A stretch of DNA of 63,755 bases, the filler included, from Chiloscyllium plagiosum (taxonomy: Eukaryota): the NCBI RefSeq assembly GCF_004010195.1. It is 3 parts of one record of this genome, joined end to end, with 100 filler letters (N's around TTAATTAATTAA, not from the genome) between each part and the next. Parts side by side here need not be neighbours in the genome. Positions count along the whole stretch, not along the records: positions 1 to 21,928 come from NC_057713.1; 2 more parts are not named here. One strand, given 5' to 3'. Each line of letters begins with the position of its first letter. The first letter of the stretch is position 1. Position numbers and translations under genes: made by a program. The notes beneath the pieces were generated by a model. The model had not been told where the DNA came from, searched no databases, and saw only the letters and a program-made list of their open reading frames with translations. This document shows positions 1-13,109 of this stretch, piece after piece.

Positions 1-314
1 GGCAAAGTCTTTTCCTGGGGTCAGGGAGTCCAGAACTAGAAGACATAGGTTTAGGGTGAGAGGGGAAAGATATAAAAGAGACCTAAGGGGCAACTTATTC
101 ACGCAGAGGGTGGTACGTGTATGGAATGAGCTGCCAGAGGATGTGGTGGAGGATGGTACAATTGCAACATTTAAGAGGCATTTGGATGGGTATATGAATA
201 GGAAGGGTTTGGAGGGATATGGGCCGGATGCTGGCAAGTGGGCCTAGATTGGGTTGGGATATCTGGTCGGCATGGACGGGTTGGACCGAGGGGTCTCTAT
301 GACTCTATGAGTCT
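1..314 (+). mobile_element. 3' end of CR1-clade LINE (HER1-like)
   Basis: ORF 56-247 gives CR1 ORF2 C-terminus (FTQRVVRVWNELPEDVV...FKRHLDGYM); ends in CTATGACT-type tandem tail. Confidence 0.9.
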
Positions 315-879
315 GTGTCACTACTATTATAATGTAAGTATATGAGTAGGTATAATTGGTAATTCTGAGATCTGATGCCCCTAGTGGTGTGCAGTATTTC
401 CAATAAATGCAAGTTGGAGAATTGAGGTTCCATGGTGTAAATCCCATCTCTGACCCTTGCTCATTGTCAGCAAGACCTATTCGCTGGCACTGTGGGATCA
501 ATATATTCCTCTTAAGCATAAATGCTAGGTCCCCCTGTGATCTAATGATTACCGGCACTTTACAATACAGCTCAGAGTGACAGTTCCTTTGCAAAAATGA
601 GGCCCCCAAAATCCAGGCAAAACAGGTCTACACTCAGCCTATTTGATGGTCTTTTAATGGGTGTTGTAGAATGCCTTCAAACAATACTAATATAAATGGG
701 ATCCAGGTAACACGTCATAACCGTCCTGCACAGGCCCAACCCATCAAACCATCATTGCTTTCTCTCTTTGACAGCCAAATCCAATTGGCCAACAACATTC
801 TCTCAATTACCCCTTCTCCTGGTCTTCTCTTCCTCTTTAACGATTTACTTAAAAGCTAGTGCTACTGATATGTTCTGTT

Positions 880-1200
880 CTATTCATTCACAAAATATGG
901 CTGCGGCAGCACTTATTGTCTATCCACAATTGCTCAGGAGGCAGATCAGAGTTAACTACATTGCTGTGAGTCTGGAATCACATATAGATGCAGACCAGGT
1001 AACGAGAGCCATTTTCCCTCCCTAAAGGACATCAGTGGGCTAGATGTGACAATTGACAGTAGTTACATGTCACCATCAGCTCTTTATTCCAGATTTAACT
1101 GAATTCAAATGTTACTAACTGCCAGGGTGGGGATTCAAGCAGCTACCTCTGAAATATGAGCTGGGGTTCTGGGTTACCATTATCACTGTGCCACTACCTC
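880..1200 (-). mobile_element. Degenerate short non-autonomous element sharing its 3' end with the LINE family at 1290-2289
   Basis: Resembles degenerate copies at 43830-44135 and 53950-54130; boundaries approximate. Confidence 0.5.
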
Positions 1201-1289
1201 AATGGCTCAATATTGGAAGCCTATTCACCTTTGGTCTACCTGCAGGTGTGCCAGGATTGCCATATATAATTTAAGGGTGTTTTAATGGC

Positions 1290-2289
1290 ATTACCATTAT
1301 TGAATCTCCTGCATCAACATTCTGGGAGTTATCATTGACCAGAAATGGAACTGCACCAACTGTATGAATACTCTGGCCGCAACAGCATTCTGTGGTGAGT
1401 GACTTGCCTCCTGACTCCGCAGAGCCTGTCCACAATCTGCAAGGCATAAGTCAGGAGTGTGATGGAATACTCCACATGTGCCTGGATGAGTGCTCAACAC
1501 CATCCAGGATAAAGTAATCCATTTGATTGGCATCCCATCCATCATCTTCATTCATTCTTTTTCACCACCGGTATATAGTGGTAACAATGTCTATCACACA
1601 TAAGATGCATTACAGCAACTCACCAAATCTCCTTGGGCAACAACCTCAGATTTTCAAACTGTACTACCATGACAAAGACAGCAAACACTTGGAAACACCA
1701 CCACCTCCAAGTTTCCCTCAAACATATATCCCATCCTGATTTGTTACAATATTGGCATTCCTTCACTGTTGTTGGGCCAAAATCCTGGAACTCCCTTTCT
1801 CAGCACGGTGGGTGTGCCTAAACCATATGGACTGCAGTGGTTCAAGGTGATAGCTTACCATTGCTTTTTTTTTATAGAATCCCTGCAGTGTGGAAACAAG
1901 CTCTTCGGCTCAACAAGTCCACACCGACCTTCTGAAGAGTATCCCACCCAAACCCATTAGTCTATATTTACCCCTGACTAATGCACCTTACCTACACATC
2001 CCTGAACAGTATGGGCAATTTAGCATGGCCAGTTCACCTAACCTGCACATCTTTGGATTATGGGAGGAAACTGGAGCACCCGGAGAAAACCCATGCAGAC
2101 ATGGGGAGAATGTGCAAACTTCACGCAGACAGTCATCTGAGACTGTATTGAAACCCGGATCCCTGGCGCTGTGAGGCAGCAGTGCTAACCACTGAGGTAC
2201 AGTACCTTCTCAAGGGCAATTGGGATGGGGAACAAATATTGGTTTTGTCAGTGATGCATTGATTCCCTGAACGAATACGAAAAAAAAAT
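1290..2289 (+). mobile_element. 3' part of CR1-group LINE (second family), interrupted by an HE1 SINE
   Basis: RT C-terminal remnant (INILGVIIDQKWNCTN), homologous to 10950-11590; ends in A-rich tail at ~2280-2289. Confidence 0.75.
1873..2203 (-). mobile_element. HE1-type tRNA-derived SINE
   Basis: Reverse complement of tRNA head (cagtggttagcactgctgcctcacagcgccaggga), V-domain core and LINE-derived tail. Confidence 0.9.
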
Positions 2290-2664
2290 TCAAGGTTGTT
2301 ATTTGGTGAGCTGTGGACCTACCTGTGCATGTCCATGGTGGATCTACCTGGATCACCTCTCATCCCACAATACAGAGGCTTTACGCTTTTCTACTTAGCA
2401 AAATCTCCACTGGACACTGCAATATCATTAAAACTAAGGAACTTGCTCTTGGTAAAATTATTTCACTTTCAAAAGTTTCAACAATAACTTCTCTTTTTCA
2501 GAAAACAGAACTAATGAAATTGTAATGCATCATATTTGGAAAGTAAAGTCATTCAATAAGTATCTTCCAGCAAAGAAACTGTGCAGAGGCTTTCTGTCTA
2601 GCATGAAGTGATGACTCTTACTAAGTTGTCTCCAAATGTTTCTCTTGTCTGGTATGATAATAGC

Positions 2665-2990
2665 TGTCAGCTGTGGCTCTCAGTCAGTAGGTCATAGGTT
2701 CAAGTACCACTGCAGACGTTAAGCATAAAAATTAAAGCGGATCCCCTAGTGTCACAAAGAGGTAGTGCAGCATAGTCTGAGGTGTTGTCTTTTAGAGGAG
2801 ATGCACTGTGTAACCCTATGGTGGATCCTCAAATTCTATAGCAATATTTTAGAGAAGATCAGTGACATTTTAACCAGTGTCTTGAGTCAATACTTGTCCT
2901 ATGTCTATTCTTGATAGTTGATAATTTGCTTACTATTTCATTTCTAGGGCCAAGTTTTGCTGCTTTTTTTTAACATTGCAATAGTAGCTA
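2665..2990 (+). mobile_element. Degenerate Deu-domain (SacSINE1/AmnSINE-like) SINE
   Basis: tRNA-like head (gctgtggctc...ggttcaagt) and core similar to 39510-39942. Confidence 0.55.
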
Positions 2991-3593
2991 TAATTTATTT
3001 GATCATTAGCTCTGAAAATCCTTTTCACAGTGCCACCTCTTTACCTTATGTTCTTCCTTTCAGACACCGTGGAGATTGACCTTCTTGAACAAGCTTTTGG
3101 TTCTCTGACATAATATCTCCATTTTGTGACTTATATAGTTTGTTATGACATTTAAGGCAACACATACCTCCAAGATCTTGTTAAGCCTATCATTTTGGAT
3201 AATCGTGAAAGGAGTGATATAAATGCAAGTTTTTAAATGCTAATATCTTGACAGTGTTAGAAAGTCATAGAGTCATAGCGATGTACAGCATAGAAACAGA
3301 CCCTTCAGTTCAACTCATCCATGCTGATCAGATATCCAAAACTAACTGAGTTCTATTTGCCAGCATTTAGCCCATATCCTTCTAAACTCTTCCTATTCAT
3401 ATAAAATCCATCCAGATGCCTTTTAAATATTATAAGAATATCAGCCTCCACCACTTCCTCTGGCAATTCATTTCACACACGCACCGCCCTCTGCATGAAA
3501 AAGTTGCACCTTAGATCCCTTTTAAATCTTTCCCCATCCACCTTAAACCTATGCCTTATAATGTTGGACCCACTCACCCCAGGGAAATGACTG

Positions 3594-3798
3594 GAAATGT
3601 GTTGCTGGAAAAGCGCAGCAGGTCAGGCAGCGTCCAGGGAACAGGAGAATTGACGTTTCGGGCATAAGCCCTTCTTCAGCCCTTCTTATGCCCGAAACGT
3701 CGATTCTCCTGTTCCCTGGATGCTGCCTGACCTGCTGTGCTTTTCCAGCAACACATTTCCAGCTCTGATCTCCAGCATCTGCAGACCTCACTTTCTCC
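3594..3798. mobile_element. Fold-back (palindromic) Penelope pLTR insertion
   Basis: Inverted arms meeting at ~3680; direct repeat ccccagggaaatgactg at 3577-3593 and 3797-3813. Confidence 0.9.
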
Positions 3799-4089
3799 CC
3801 AGGGAAATGACTGTCTATTTGTCCTATCAGTGCCCCTCATGATTTTATAAACCTTTATAAGGTCAGCCCTCAGCCTCCAACACTCCAGCGAAAATAGCCC
3901 TAGCCTATTCTGCCTCTCCCTTTAGCTCAAACCCTCCAACCCTGGCAACATCCTTGAAAATCATTTCTGAACTCTTTCAAGTTTCACGACATTCTTCCTA
4001 TAGCAGGGAGACCAGAATTGCACACAATATTCCAAAAATGGCCTAACCAATGTCCTGTACAGTCACAACATGACCTCTCAACTCCTATA

Positions 4090-4476
4090 GTCGAGATTAG
4101 AATAGTGCTGGAAAAGCATAGCAGTTCAGGCAACATCTGAGGAACAGTAAAATTGATGTTTTGGGCAAAAGCCCTTCATTAGAAATACAGGCAGAGAGTC
4201 TGAAGGGTGGAGAGATAAATGAGAGGAGGGGAGAGGAGGAAAACTTCTTCAAGGCAGGCATCCTTGCAAGAGGATTCGCAGTAGGGTTAAAATCAACTAG
4301 GTAAAAACAATGATTACAGATGCTGGAAACCAGAGTCTAGATTAGAATGGTGCTGGAAAAGCACAGCAGTTCAGGCAGCATCCGAGGAGTAGTAAAATTG
4401 ACGTTTCGGGCAAAAGCCCTTCATCAGGAATACAGGCAGAGAGCCTGAAGGGTGGAGAGATAAATGAGAGGAGGGA
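4090..4476 (-). mobile_element. Two tandem Penelope pLTR fragments
   Basis: Direct duplication 4092-4230 / 4338-4475; short tcctata duplication at flanks. Confidence 0.85.
4398..4431 (-). ncRNA. Minimal type I hammerhead ribozyme motif in Penelope pLTR
   Basis: Minus strand attc-CTGATGA-a-gggc-tttt-gccc-GAAA-CGTC: canonical core, 4-bp stem II, palindromic ACGU stem III; stem I weak. Confidence 0.7.
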
Positions 4477-5280
4477 TCCTATACTCAATGCACTGACCAA
4501 TAAAGGAAAGCATACCAAATGGCTTCGTCATTATCCTATCTACCTGTGACTCGACTTTCAAGGAACAATGAACCTGCACTCCAATGTCTCTGTTCAGCAA
4601 CACTCCCCAGAATCTTAAAATTAAGTGTATAAGTCCTGCCCTGATTTGCCTTTCCAAAATGTAGCACCTCACATTTAACTAAATTAAAATCCATCTGCCA
4701 TTCCTTGGTCCATTGGCCCATCTGATCAAGATCCCATTTTACTCTGAGGTAACCTTCTTCGCTGTCCACTACACCTCCAAATTTGGTGTCATTTGCAAAC
4801 TTACTAACCATATCTCTTATGTTCACATCCAAATCATTTACATACATGACAAAAAACAGTGGACCCAGCACCAATCCTTGTAGCACACCACAGGTCACAG
4901 GCCTCCAGTCTGAAAAACAAGCCTCTACCCCCACCCTCTGTCTTCTATCACTGAGCTATTTCTGTATCTAAATGGTGAGTTCAATTCAATCTTTTTTACA
5001 CCTAACAAATATCATTCATTTGTGAAATATCATCAAGGCCAATCAGAAATGGAAGTGAATGTTTCAGCTAGAGTACTGTCAAACTCAAAAGGGTCAATCT
5101 GGCATGTTTACAGTATATTCATTATTGGCATAGAACTGACCACTGAGACTTTGTTCATTTGTCCAAGAACTCTGCTGCTGAATGGTGTTGCTGTTATTCT
5201 GGAATGAGCAAAGTTCCAGGAAACAGATTGAATCGGATTATTCTCACCTTGAAGACCCACTTTAAGATCTTTAATGCAGA

Positions 5281-5745
5281 AGATTTACCAGGATGTTGCC
5301 AAGAATGGAGGTTTAGGTTATAAGGACAGGCGGGACAGGCTGGGTGCTTACCCACTGGACAATGAGTGATGTTATAGAGCTTTATAAAAGAATGAGGGGT
5401 ATAGATAATGTGAATGGCAGGTGTCTTTTCCCAGGATGGGGGATTTCAAGACTAAAGGGCAAATTTTTAAGGTAAGAAGAGAACATTTTAAAAAAGACAT
5501 GAGGGGCAATCTTTTTACAGAGAGAGTGGTTCATGCATGGAATGAACTTCCAGAGGAAGTGGTGGATGTGGGCACAGCTACAAAATTTAAAAAACATTTA
5601 GATAAGTACGTGAATAAGAAATGCTTGCAGGAATATGGATGAAGTGCAGGCTGATGGGATTAGCTTAGTTTGGAATTCTGGTTGGCATGGACTGGTTGGA
5701 CCGAAGTGTCTGTTTCCATGCTATTTATCTCTACTGTGACTCCAA
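5281..5745 (+). mobile_element. CR1/HER1 LINE 3' fragment
   Basis: ORF 5421-5642 (FTERVVHAWNELPEEVV...FKKHLDKY). Confidence 0.85.
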
Positions 5746-5789
5746 GTAAATTTCCAACTCTGTAACTGGCAAGTATGTGGAATCAACTA

Positions 5790-5999
5790 GGAGAAAGTGA
5801 GGACTGCAGATGCTGGAGATCAGAACTGAAAAATGTGTTGCTGAAAAGCGCAGCAGGTCAGGCAGCATCCAAGGAGCAGGAGAATCGACATTTCGGGCAT
5901 AAGCCCTTCTTCAGGAATGGCTTATGCCCAAAATGTCGATTCTCCTGCTCCTTGGATGCTGCCTGACCTGCTGCGCTTTTCCAGGAACACATTTTTCAG
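5790..5999. mobile_element. Fold-back Penelope pLTR insertion
   Basis: Inverted arms hinged at ~5918; TSD agtatgtggaatca 5772-5785 / 5998-6011. Confidence 0.9.
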
Positions 6000-6172
6000 T
6001 ATGTGGAATCAGTTTACATTTCCCCCAATGAAGACTAGACATCAAGACCACCAGTGAGGATATTTGGTAGAGAACCTGTAGTAGAACAACTTGCCTTTAG
6101 ACAACTCCTCTAACCCACCTCATTGTCTGTAAAGTGCTTTTAAGTAGCATCCCAAAGTTATGAAAGGTGTTG

Positions 6173-6512
6173 AAAATGTGTTGCTGGAACAGCGCAGCAG
6201 GTCAGGCAGCATCCAGGGAACAGGAGAATTGACGTTTCGGGAAGAACCTGACCTCTCCGCCCCCACCCCAGTCTGACCTATCACTCTCACCTTGACCTCT
6301 TTCCACCTATCGCATTTCCAACGCCCCTCCCCCAAGTCCCTCCTCCCTACCTTTTATCTTAGCCTGCTTAGCACACCCTCCTCATTCCTGAAGGAGGGCT
6401 TATGCCAGAAACGTCGATTCTCCTGTTCCTTGGATGCTGCCTGACCTGCTGCGCTGTTCCAGCAACACATTTTCAGCTCTGATCTCCAGCATCTGCAGAC
6501 CTCACTTTCTCC
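6173..6512. mobile_element. Penelope 3' end with inverted arm
   Basis: TSD ttatgaaaggtgttg 6158-6172 / 6513-6527; inverted arm ~6173-6241. Confidence 0.9.
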
Positions 6513-6832
6513 TTATGAAAGGTGTTGTCAAATGCAAGTCTGTTTCTTCCTTTAACCAAAACTTCAGTTCTGCAATGGATGTATTTATTTATGAAATTCA
6601 GTCTTCCAGGCATAGTTAGGTTGGTAACTGACCCTTGTCTCAGTTAAAGGGATGTGTTCAGGTTCAGGAATGAATGCTGTGATATATGGTTATTATTCTG
6701 TTGCTTTTTTTGCTTGATGTTTGTTGTAAAATCTACATATTATGTAAAATGTTAAATTTATGCACAGCGCAGCGAACTATCTTCCATTTGAAGTGACTGC
6801 ATACTATAGGTAACAACACCAACATAATTAAA

Positions 6833-7150
6833 GGCTGCACGGTGGCTCAGTGGTCAGCATTGCTGCCTCACAACACCAGGGTCCCAGGTTCGATTCCAGC
6901 CTCAGGCAACTGACTGTGTGGAGTTTGCACATTCTTCCCGTGTCTGCGTGGGTTTCCTCCGGGTGCTCCAGTTTCCTCCCACAGTCCAAAGATGTGTAGG
7001 TCAGGTGAATTGGCCATGTTAAATTGCCCAAAGTGATAGGTGCATTAGTAAGAGGGAAATGGGTCTGGGTGGGTTACTCTTCAGAGGGTTAGTGTGGACT
7101 GTTTGGGCTGAAGGACCTGTTTCCACACTGTAGGGAATCTAATCTAATCA
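6833..7150 (+). mobile_element. HE1 SINE, full length
   Basis: tRNA A/B boxes (gtggctcagtggtcagc, ggttcgattcc), core, (aatct)n tail. Confidence 0.92.
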
Positions 7151-7199
7151 TATCTCCATTGATGAGAGCAATATGTCAGTGATCCTGATCAAAATGTCA

Positions 7200-7570
7200 T
7201 TTGTAACACTTTCAGCTCTGAGTGGAAATATTGTGGATTCCCAGTCAAGGATTCAAACACAAAAATTGAGTACCATCTTTCACCTGAAATAGTGAACCAA
7301 AGACCCATCTGCTGCCTCAGATAAAAGATCCTGTGGTACTGTTTGAAGAAGAGCTGAGAGGGTTTTCTTTTGTCCTTGGCCAATATTTATTCCTTAGTCA
7401 ACATCACAAAAACAGATCATCTGATCATTATTACATTGCTGTTTTGTGGGAGATTGCTGTGCAAAATCATCGGGTGCTTTGTTTCTTACAGTAGGGACTG
7501 CACTTCAAAAGTACTTCACTGACGTTCTGAGATGTCCTGAGGCTGCGAAAAGTACTATGGAAATTCAAGC
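7200..7570 (+). mobile_element. Deu-domain SINE (SacSINE1-like)
   Basis: Core ttggccaatatttattcc...cattattacattgctgtt...cacttcaaaagtacttca; further degenerate copies near 15920-16155, 35580-35870, 49010-49310. Confidence 0.7.
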
Positions 7571-9461
7571 CTCATTGTCGTGACATTAGCATACAAATGC
7601 TTTGTACGCAATCCCATTCCTTGCTCTTTCCTTAGAGGTGCTAACCAGTTTATTTTACAAGGATTAGCACTTCTGTTTAAATAGTGAAGAGATTAATTGT
7701 ATACAAATGTATTAGCTGTTTGTACATTAATATTTGCACACTGAATTTTCAAGGCCTGTGTCTTAGATCAGAAGAACTTTTGGGAATGGCTCTGTCATCT
7801 TTTTCTTCTCAACATTGGCATCACACCCTTACTTCCCCTTTTATTTTTTCCCTATTATTAAGGTGTTCTAGATTCAACACTGACTACCATTCAACTTTTC
7901 TGAGAAAGCAGAATGCTATTAAATCAAAGCTGCCTAACCCAAATGCAAAACTGCAAAATCTGCAAAACGTTATTTTTTGTTTAAAAGGAGGAGAGAATGA
8001 TGTAATGGTGTTGTTGCTGATCTGGCTATTAACAAACTCATACAATATTTTGGGCATCTTGATTTTAATTCCACCTTGGAATTTTAAGTCAATAAAATCT
8101 GGAATTAAAAGTCTAATGGCAATGTTGATTGTCTTAAAAATCCATCTGTCTTAAAAATTCACTAAAAGCCTTTAGCGAGAAAGAACTACTATCCTGATCT
8201 AGTCCGGCCTACATGGGATTCCAGACCAACAGCAGTGTGGTTGACTCTAAACAGTTCTATGAAAATACCAAATAAGTCACTCCGTAATATCAAACTGCAG
8301 AAAATTCTTAAACATGGAATGAACCTGGACAGACTGTGGGCATTGACTAGTCAATGCTCTGGCAACAACAATAGCACATTCAGTCCTGTTGACCCTGTAA
8401 ATTGCTCCCTACCAACATATAAGGGGGCTAGTGCAAAGGCTGGGAGATTTGTCTCACAGGTTCGGCAAGCAACAACCTGACATATTCAAACTCATGGAAT
8501 CAAATCTTAAACATTTCCTAGACAGTGAAATTAAGGTCCTTGGATAGATCCTGTCCCATTAGCAGGAAAGGCCAAGTAAATCTAGCAGTACAGCTCTAAA
8601 AGGGATTTGCCCTGGGAATCCTCAATATTGGTTCTCGACCCCAAGAAGTCTCATGGTATCTGGTCAAACATGGATAAGGAAATCTCGTGCTTGTTGTCAT
8701 ACAACATCCTACTTCAGCTGATGAATCAGTATCCACCATTTTGAACAAAATTTGGAGGAATCACTGCAGGTGGTAAGGTCACAGAAAGTACTTTGAATGA
8801 GTGACATAAATGTCCACCAGCTACTGGCTCAGTCACACCTTCACTGATTGAGCTATTGCGTTCTAAAGGATATAGCTGCGAGACTGGGTCTGTGGCAAGT
8901 GATGATGGAACCAAAATGAAAAATATACTTGACTTTGTCCTAACGAGTCTGCTCATTGTAGATGAATCTCTCTATGATAATGTTGGTAGGAATAACCACC
9001 TCCCAGTCTATGTAGAGATAAAGTCTGGAGGATACCCTCTATTGTATTATGTGGCATTATCACCCTGAGAAATGGGACAGATTTCAAATAGATCTAGCAA
9101 CTCCAGACTGGCCATTCATGAGGCAGAGAGGGCCATTAGCAGCAGCAGAATTATATCAAACACAATATACAACTTGTGAAAAATTGCCCAAGGATATCCT
9201 ATACATAAAAAGAGGGCAAATCCAACCTGGCCAATTACTACCTCTATTTTCAATCAATGGTAAAGTGATAGAAAATCTCATCAGCAGTACCATCAAGCAG
9301 CACTTGCTTATCAATAAGCTGATTACTAACATTCAGTCTGGGTTCCACCAGGATCACTGAGCTCCTGAAATCATCACAGCCTTGGTTCAAATATGACCAA
9401 AAAGGTGAATTCCAAAGGCCAGGTGAGAGTAACTGCCTTTGACATCAAGGTTATATTTGAG

Positions 9462-9642
9462 GAGTTGAAAAGTGTGGCACTGGAAAAGCATAGCAGGTCA
9501 GACAGCATCGGAGGAGCACAAAGTTTAAAGTTTTGGGTGTACGCCCTTCATCAGGAATGCAGAGGAGGAAGAGGGGCTGTTCTTTACCAGCGCCACACTT
9601 TTCGATTCTGACTCTCCAGCATTTGCAGTCCTCACTTTCTCC
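9462..9642. mobile_element. Degenerate fold-back Penelope pLTR
   Basis: Inverted aaaagtgtggc / gccacactttt arms; ends in cctcactttctcc. Confidence 0.75.
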
Positions 9643-9773
9643 TGTGGCATTAAGGAGCCCTAGCAGCACTGGAGTCAACTGGAATCAGGAATAACTCTCC
9701 ACTGGTTGGAGTCAGACCTAGAACAAAGGAAGATGGTTATGGTTTTAGATGCGTCTTCTTAGCTTGAAGACAT

Positions 9774-10690
9774 TGTGGAATTTTCATTTTGTAGTTTTGA
9801 TTGTGGACTGAAATGGGAAAGGAACTGTTTCTAAAGAACAGGTTTGTTAGCTGGTTGAAAGCTAGTAAGCTGACACTCATTGTAAGTACTGTTTACACAG
9901 TTGCTGTTTCAAGCTTGCAGATGAGCTGGCACCAAGGATTGAGTACAAATAAAGATTCAACTGGCAACAAGTGGCTGATTGGTCTGTACACTAGTAACCA
10001 GTTACTGATAACAAAGACCTTTTTTCCTGCCAACAATTGTGTGATTTGTTTCCAGGGAGACTAACAGCTTGGGTCTATGACCAAGATAGGATGAAGCTAT
10101 CAGATCTCGGTAAAATCAGCAGCTGACTATTCTTTGCATAAAAAAAACAATAATTAAAAAATATACATTATTTTTCTTAGCATTGCAATACACTGTGACT
10201 TTTATTAAGTCAAAGACCTTTATAAGCATGAGCCAGTCACACTGTAACTCCCGTAAACAAGTGAAAGTATCTAGAGAGGGGAAACCAAAAACTAACATTC
10301 TGATCAGTACAAGATTCATCTCAGCAAACTGGAAGAATACTGAATTGGCTTCCCAGTCTTTCACTTTGCCAATAATGCCCATTTTTAATTTCCTGCCTGT
10401 ATCTATCTGTGTGTGTCAGTCATAAGGAATTTAGAAGGATTACAGTTTTTAACTAGTAGAGTTCTATGACAACCATTCATAATTCTTTGCCTGCAGCTAG
10501 AACCTATTTACTTGGAATAAATAGCAACTCTTGTTAAGCTCAGAAACCTAGTCTGTGCTTTCTGTCAACCTGGTTCTGAAACTCAGGTAGGATGGGGGAG
10601 TTCTGCATTTTTTGAAAAATCTTCAATTTTTGTGACAAATCAGGAATAGCAGAGTTTGATTTCCAGGGAGCTGCCTCAATGAGCCATATT
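9774..10690 (+). mobile_element. Probable solo LTR (~0.9 kb) inserted into LINE RT
   Basis: Interrupts RT homology; starts TG; AATAAA at ~10516; no TSD confirmed. Confidence 0.4.
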
Positions 10691-13109
10691 ATGCTTCACC
10701 AATGACATTCCCTCCATTAGAAGATCAAAAGTGAGATGTTCATAGATAACTGCACAATGTTCAGCACCATTCAAAACTCCTCAGATACTGAAACAGTCCA
10801 TGTCCATGGGTAGCAAGATCTTGACAATATCCAGTGGCAAGTGGCAAGGAACATTCACGTCGTAAGTACTGGGCAATACCTATTTCAAACAAGAGAGAAT
10901 CAATTCTTTCTTGCTTGATTTTTGATGGCATTGCCAATAGTGAAACATCCTCTGTCAACATTCTGAGGATTATATTTGACCAGAAACTAAACTGGACTCG
11001 CCAAATAAAGACTGTGGCTACAAGAACAGGCAATAGTTAGGAATCCTGCAGGGAATAACTCACCCACTGACTCCCCACAGCCTGTCTGTGGTCTACTAGG
11101 CACAAGAAAGAATTGGTGCAGCTCCATCAACACTCAAAAAGCTTGACATCATCAAGGACAGCGCAACCCATTTAATTCACACCATCTTCACAAATCTTCA
11201 CTCCCTCCACCAAAAACACTCAACAGCACCAAAATGTACCATCGACGAGATGCATTACAGAAATTCACCAATGCTCCTTACACAGCACATTCCAAACTCA
11301 GTGTAATTGGCTACCTAGATGGACAAAGACAGCAGATACATGGGAACACCACCACCTGCAATTTCCCTTCCAAGCCATTCACCATCCTGACTTAGAAATA
11401 TATCACTGTTCCATTACTGTCGCTAGGTCAGAATCCTGGAACACCCTCCCTAACTGTATTGTTGGTCTACCTACACCACATGGATGGCAGTATTTCAAGA
11501 AGGCAGCTCATGCCCACTTTTTCCAAGGGAAACTACAGATAGGTAATAAATGTTGGCCTAGCCACTAAAGCCCACATCATATGAAGGATTAAATATAAAT
11601 CAAACCAATTGTATTTTTTGAAGCAACAAATGATGTTCACTCATCTGGCATAGCAGCCAATTGTTTTGACCATTTTGTCCTTGGCAAGGCCTTCACTATG
11701 CACGCAGCATCCATTGTTAATCCCAATATATTGAGGGAGGACATTTGAGGCCTTGGAAGGTTTGCTGAAGATGTTTGCAAGATTGATTAATGGCAAATAA
11801 AAACAGAAAATTGAATGAAGATCAGGCAATACCTGTGGAGACAGCAGCAGAACTAGCATACAGAATTCAGTTGTGATAACAGAGGTCTTGTCTCCAGTTG
11901 GAGAACCAGTAGGAACCCCAGGCTGCAATTCAACGGGAGCCTGTAATCAGGAAAAAGGGTACCTAAGTAGACGGTATTGAACCTTCCATTTGATTCAATC
12001 CCCAGTAAGAAGGAAATCTTGCCCCTGTTAGTTGTCAGCCAGTTGACTGCTGCAGGAACACACTGGGATGTTCACCAGGATTGCCTCTTGATCCCGAGAG
12101 AGAAGGGTAAATGTGATGGGATGGATCATAGGGAAAGTAACTGGCAAGGAATGTTTAAGGGACTTGGATACAGCAGCAATGGGATGACTTACAAGTGGCC
12201 TCTCCCCTCCACCCTCTTCCTGATGTCGGATCCCTTGATCGAGCACTGAGTCCCTGTGATTCAAGGAGCCCTGTTTTAGGCAGCTGACAGCTGGCTGACC
12301 TTGATGACCTGTCGGAGTCTTTTTTAATCCTTGAACCATATTAAATCCCAGTGGACTCAGGGATAATTAAATTGTAGTGGCTCATATAACTTGACTAAAT
12401 GACAACTCCCCACTAGTCGGTGAGTTTCTTGTGGCCATTTCCCAGTGTGGGACTATTTACCTGCCTCATGGAGTCAGACAGTTAACATCCAGGGCAATTC
12501 TTCAGGCTTACCCACCATCTTGCCTTTTCTAGTAAATTCTGCTAATTTCAGACTAATGATATTTTCATCCACAACTGGAACGTTTCCCTCATGTTTTATT
12601 CCCTGTTCAAAATACCATGTCATATCCCCAGATAGGCTCAAAGAGTAGGATCTATATGCTTCAGGGAAACAGGTGCTTGGGAAGTAATTTGTTCAAGGTT
12701 TGTAAAAATACTGAAGGGACTGGATTGTTTTTTTAAGTGCATCCATTATTCCACCTGGATAGATTAGCAAGGAAGATAATATCACATGTGTAAGTTGCTT
12801 AAGAGCAGAACTATACTGGATGTTTTTCTTTTCTCAGAAGTTGGTGGGCTTATGGAGCAGCTAATGCCTGTTGTGAATGAATATAAACTCTGCATTCGTT
12901 CAACTGAGAGCCAGACCTAAGCCAGAACTACCTTAAACAGAATTAACCTCATAAAAGATGTATGTTCTTGTAAACAATTTGCCTGCGTCTTTAACTTAGA
13001 AAAATATCCTTTCCATGGATGTGTCACCAAACAGAATTTGCCACCTATGGAGATATTTTGTCAGGTCGTAGAGATATACAGCACAGAAACAGACTCTTTG
13101 GTTCAACTT

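Larger units (their letters stand above)
3263..4980 (-). mobile_element. HER1/CR1 LINE 3' fragment carrying two Penelope insertions
   Basis: ORF 4536-4934 has RT motifs (GVLQGLVLGPLFF, SKFANDTK, WQMDFNLVKCEVLHFG); agtcatag tail repeats at 3263. Confidence 0.9.
8000..11590 (+). mobile_element. Decayed, internally deleted CR1-group LINE with nested insertions
   Basis: Endonuclease-like remnant (NILDFVLT), RT remnants (QSGFHQDH, VRVTAFDIK, ILRIIFDQKLNWTRQI); 3' end matches 1290-2289. Confidence 0.75.

Noticed and set aside
2689..2702. DR2-like AGGTCAtaGGTTCA
   Set aside because: Lies in a SINE B-box region where such half-sites arise from the consensus.
3026..3060. CACAGTG heptamers as V(D)J recombination signals (also ~16393, ~19106)
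   Set aside because: No nonamer at 12/23 spacing and no V/J coding segments at the sites inspected.
5775..5966. Recurrent ORFs like CWKSAAGQAASKEQENRRFGHKPFFR / MLPDLLRFSS
   Set aside because: Translations of the non-coding Penelope pLTR, not a gene family.
6833..6905. tRNA-like sequences
   Set aside because: SINE heads attached to SINE core and tail, not tRNA genes.
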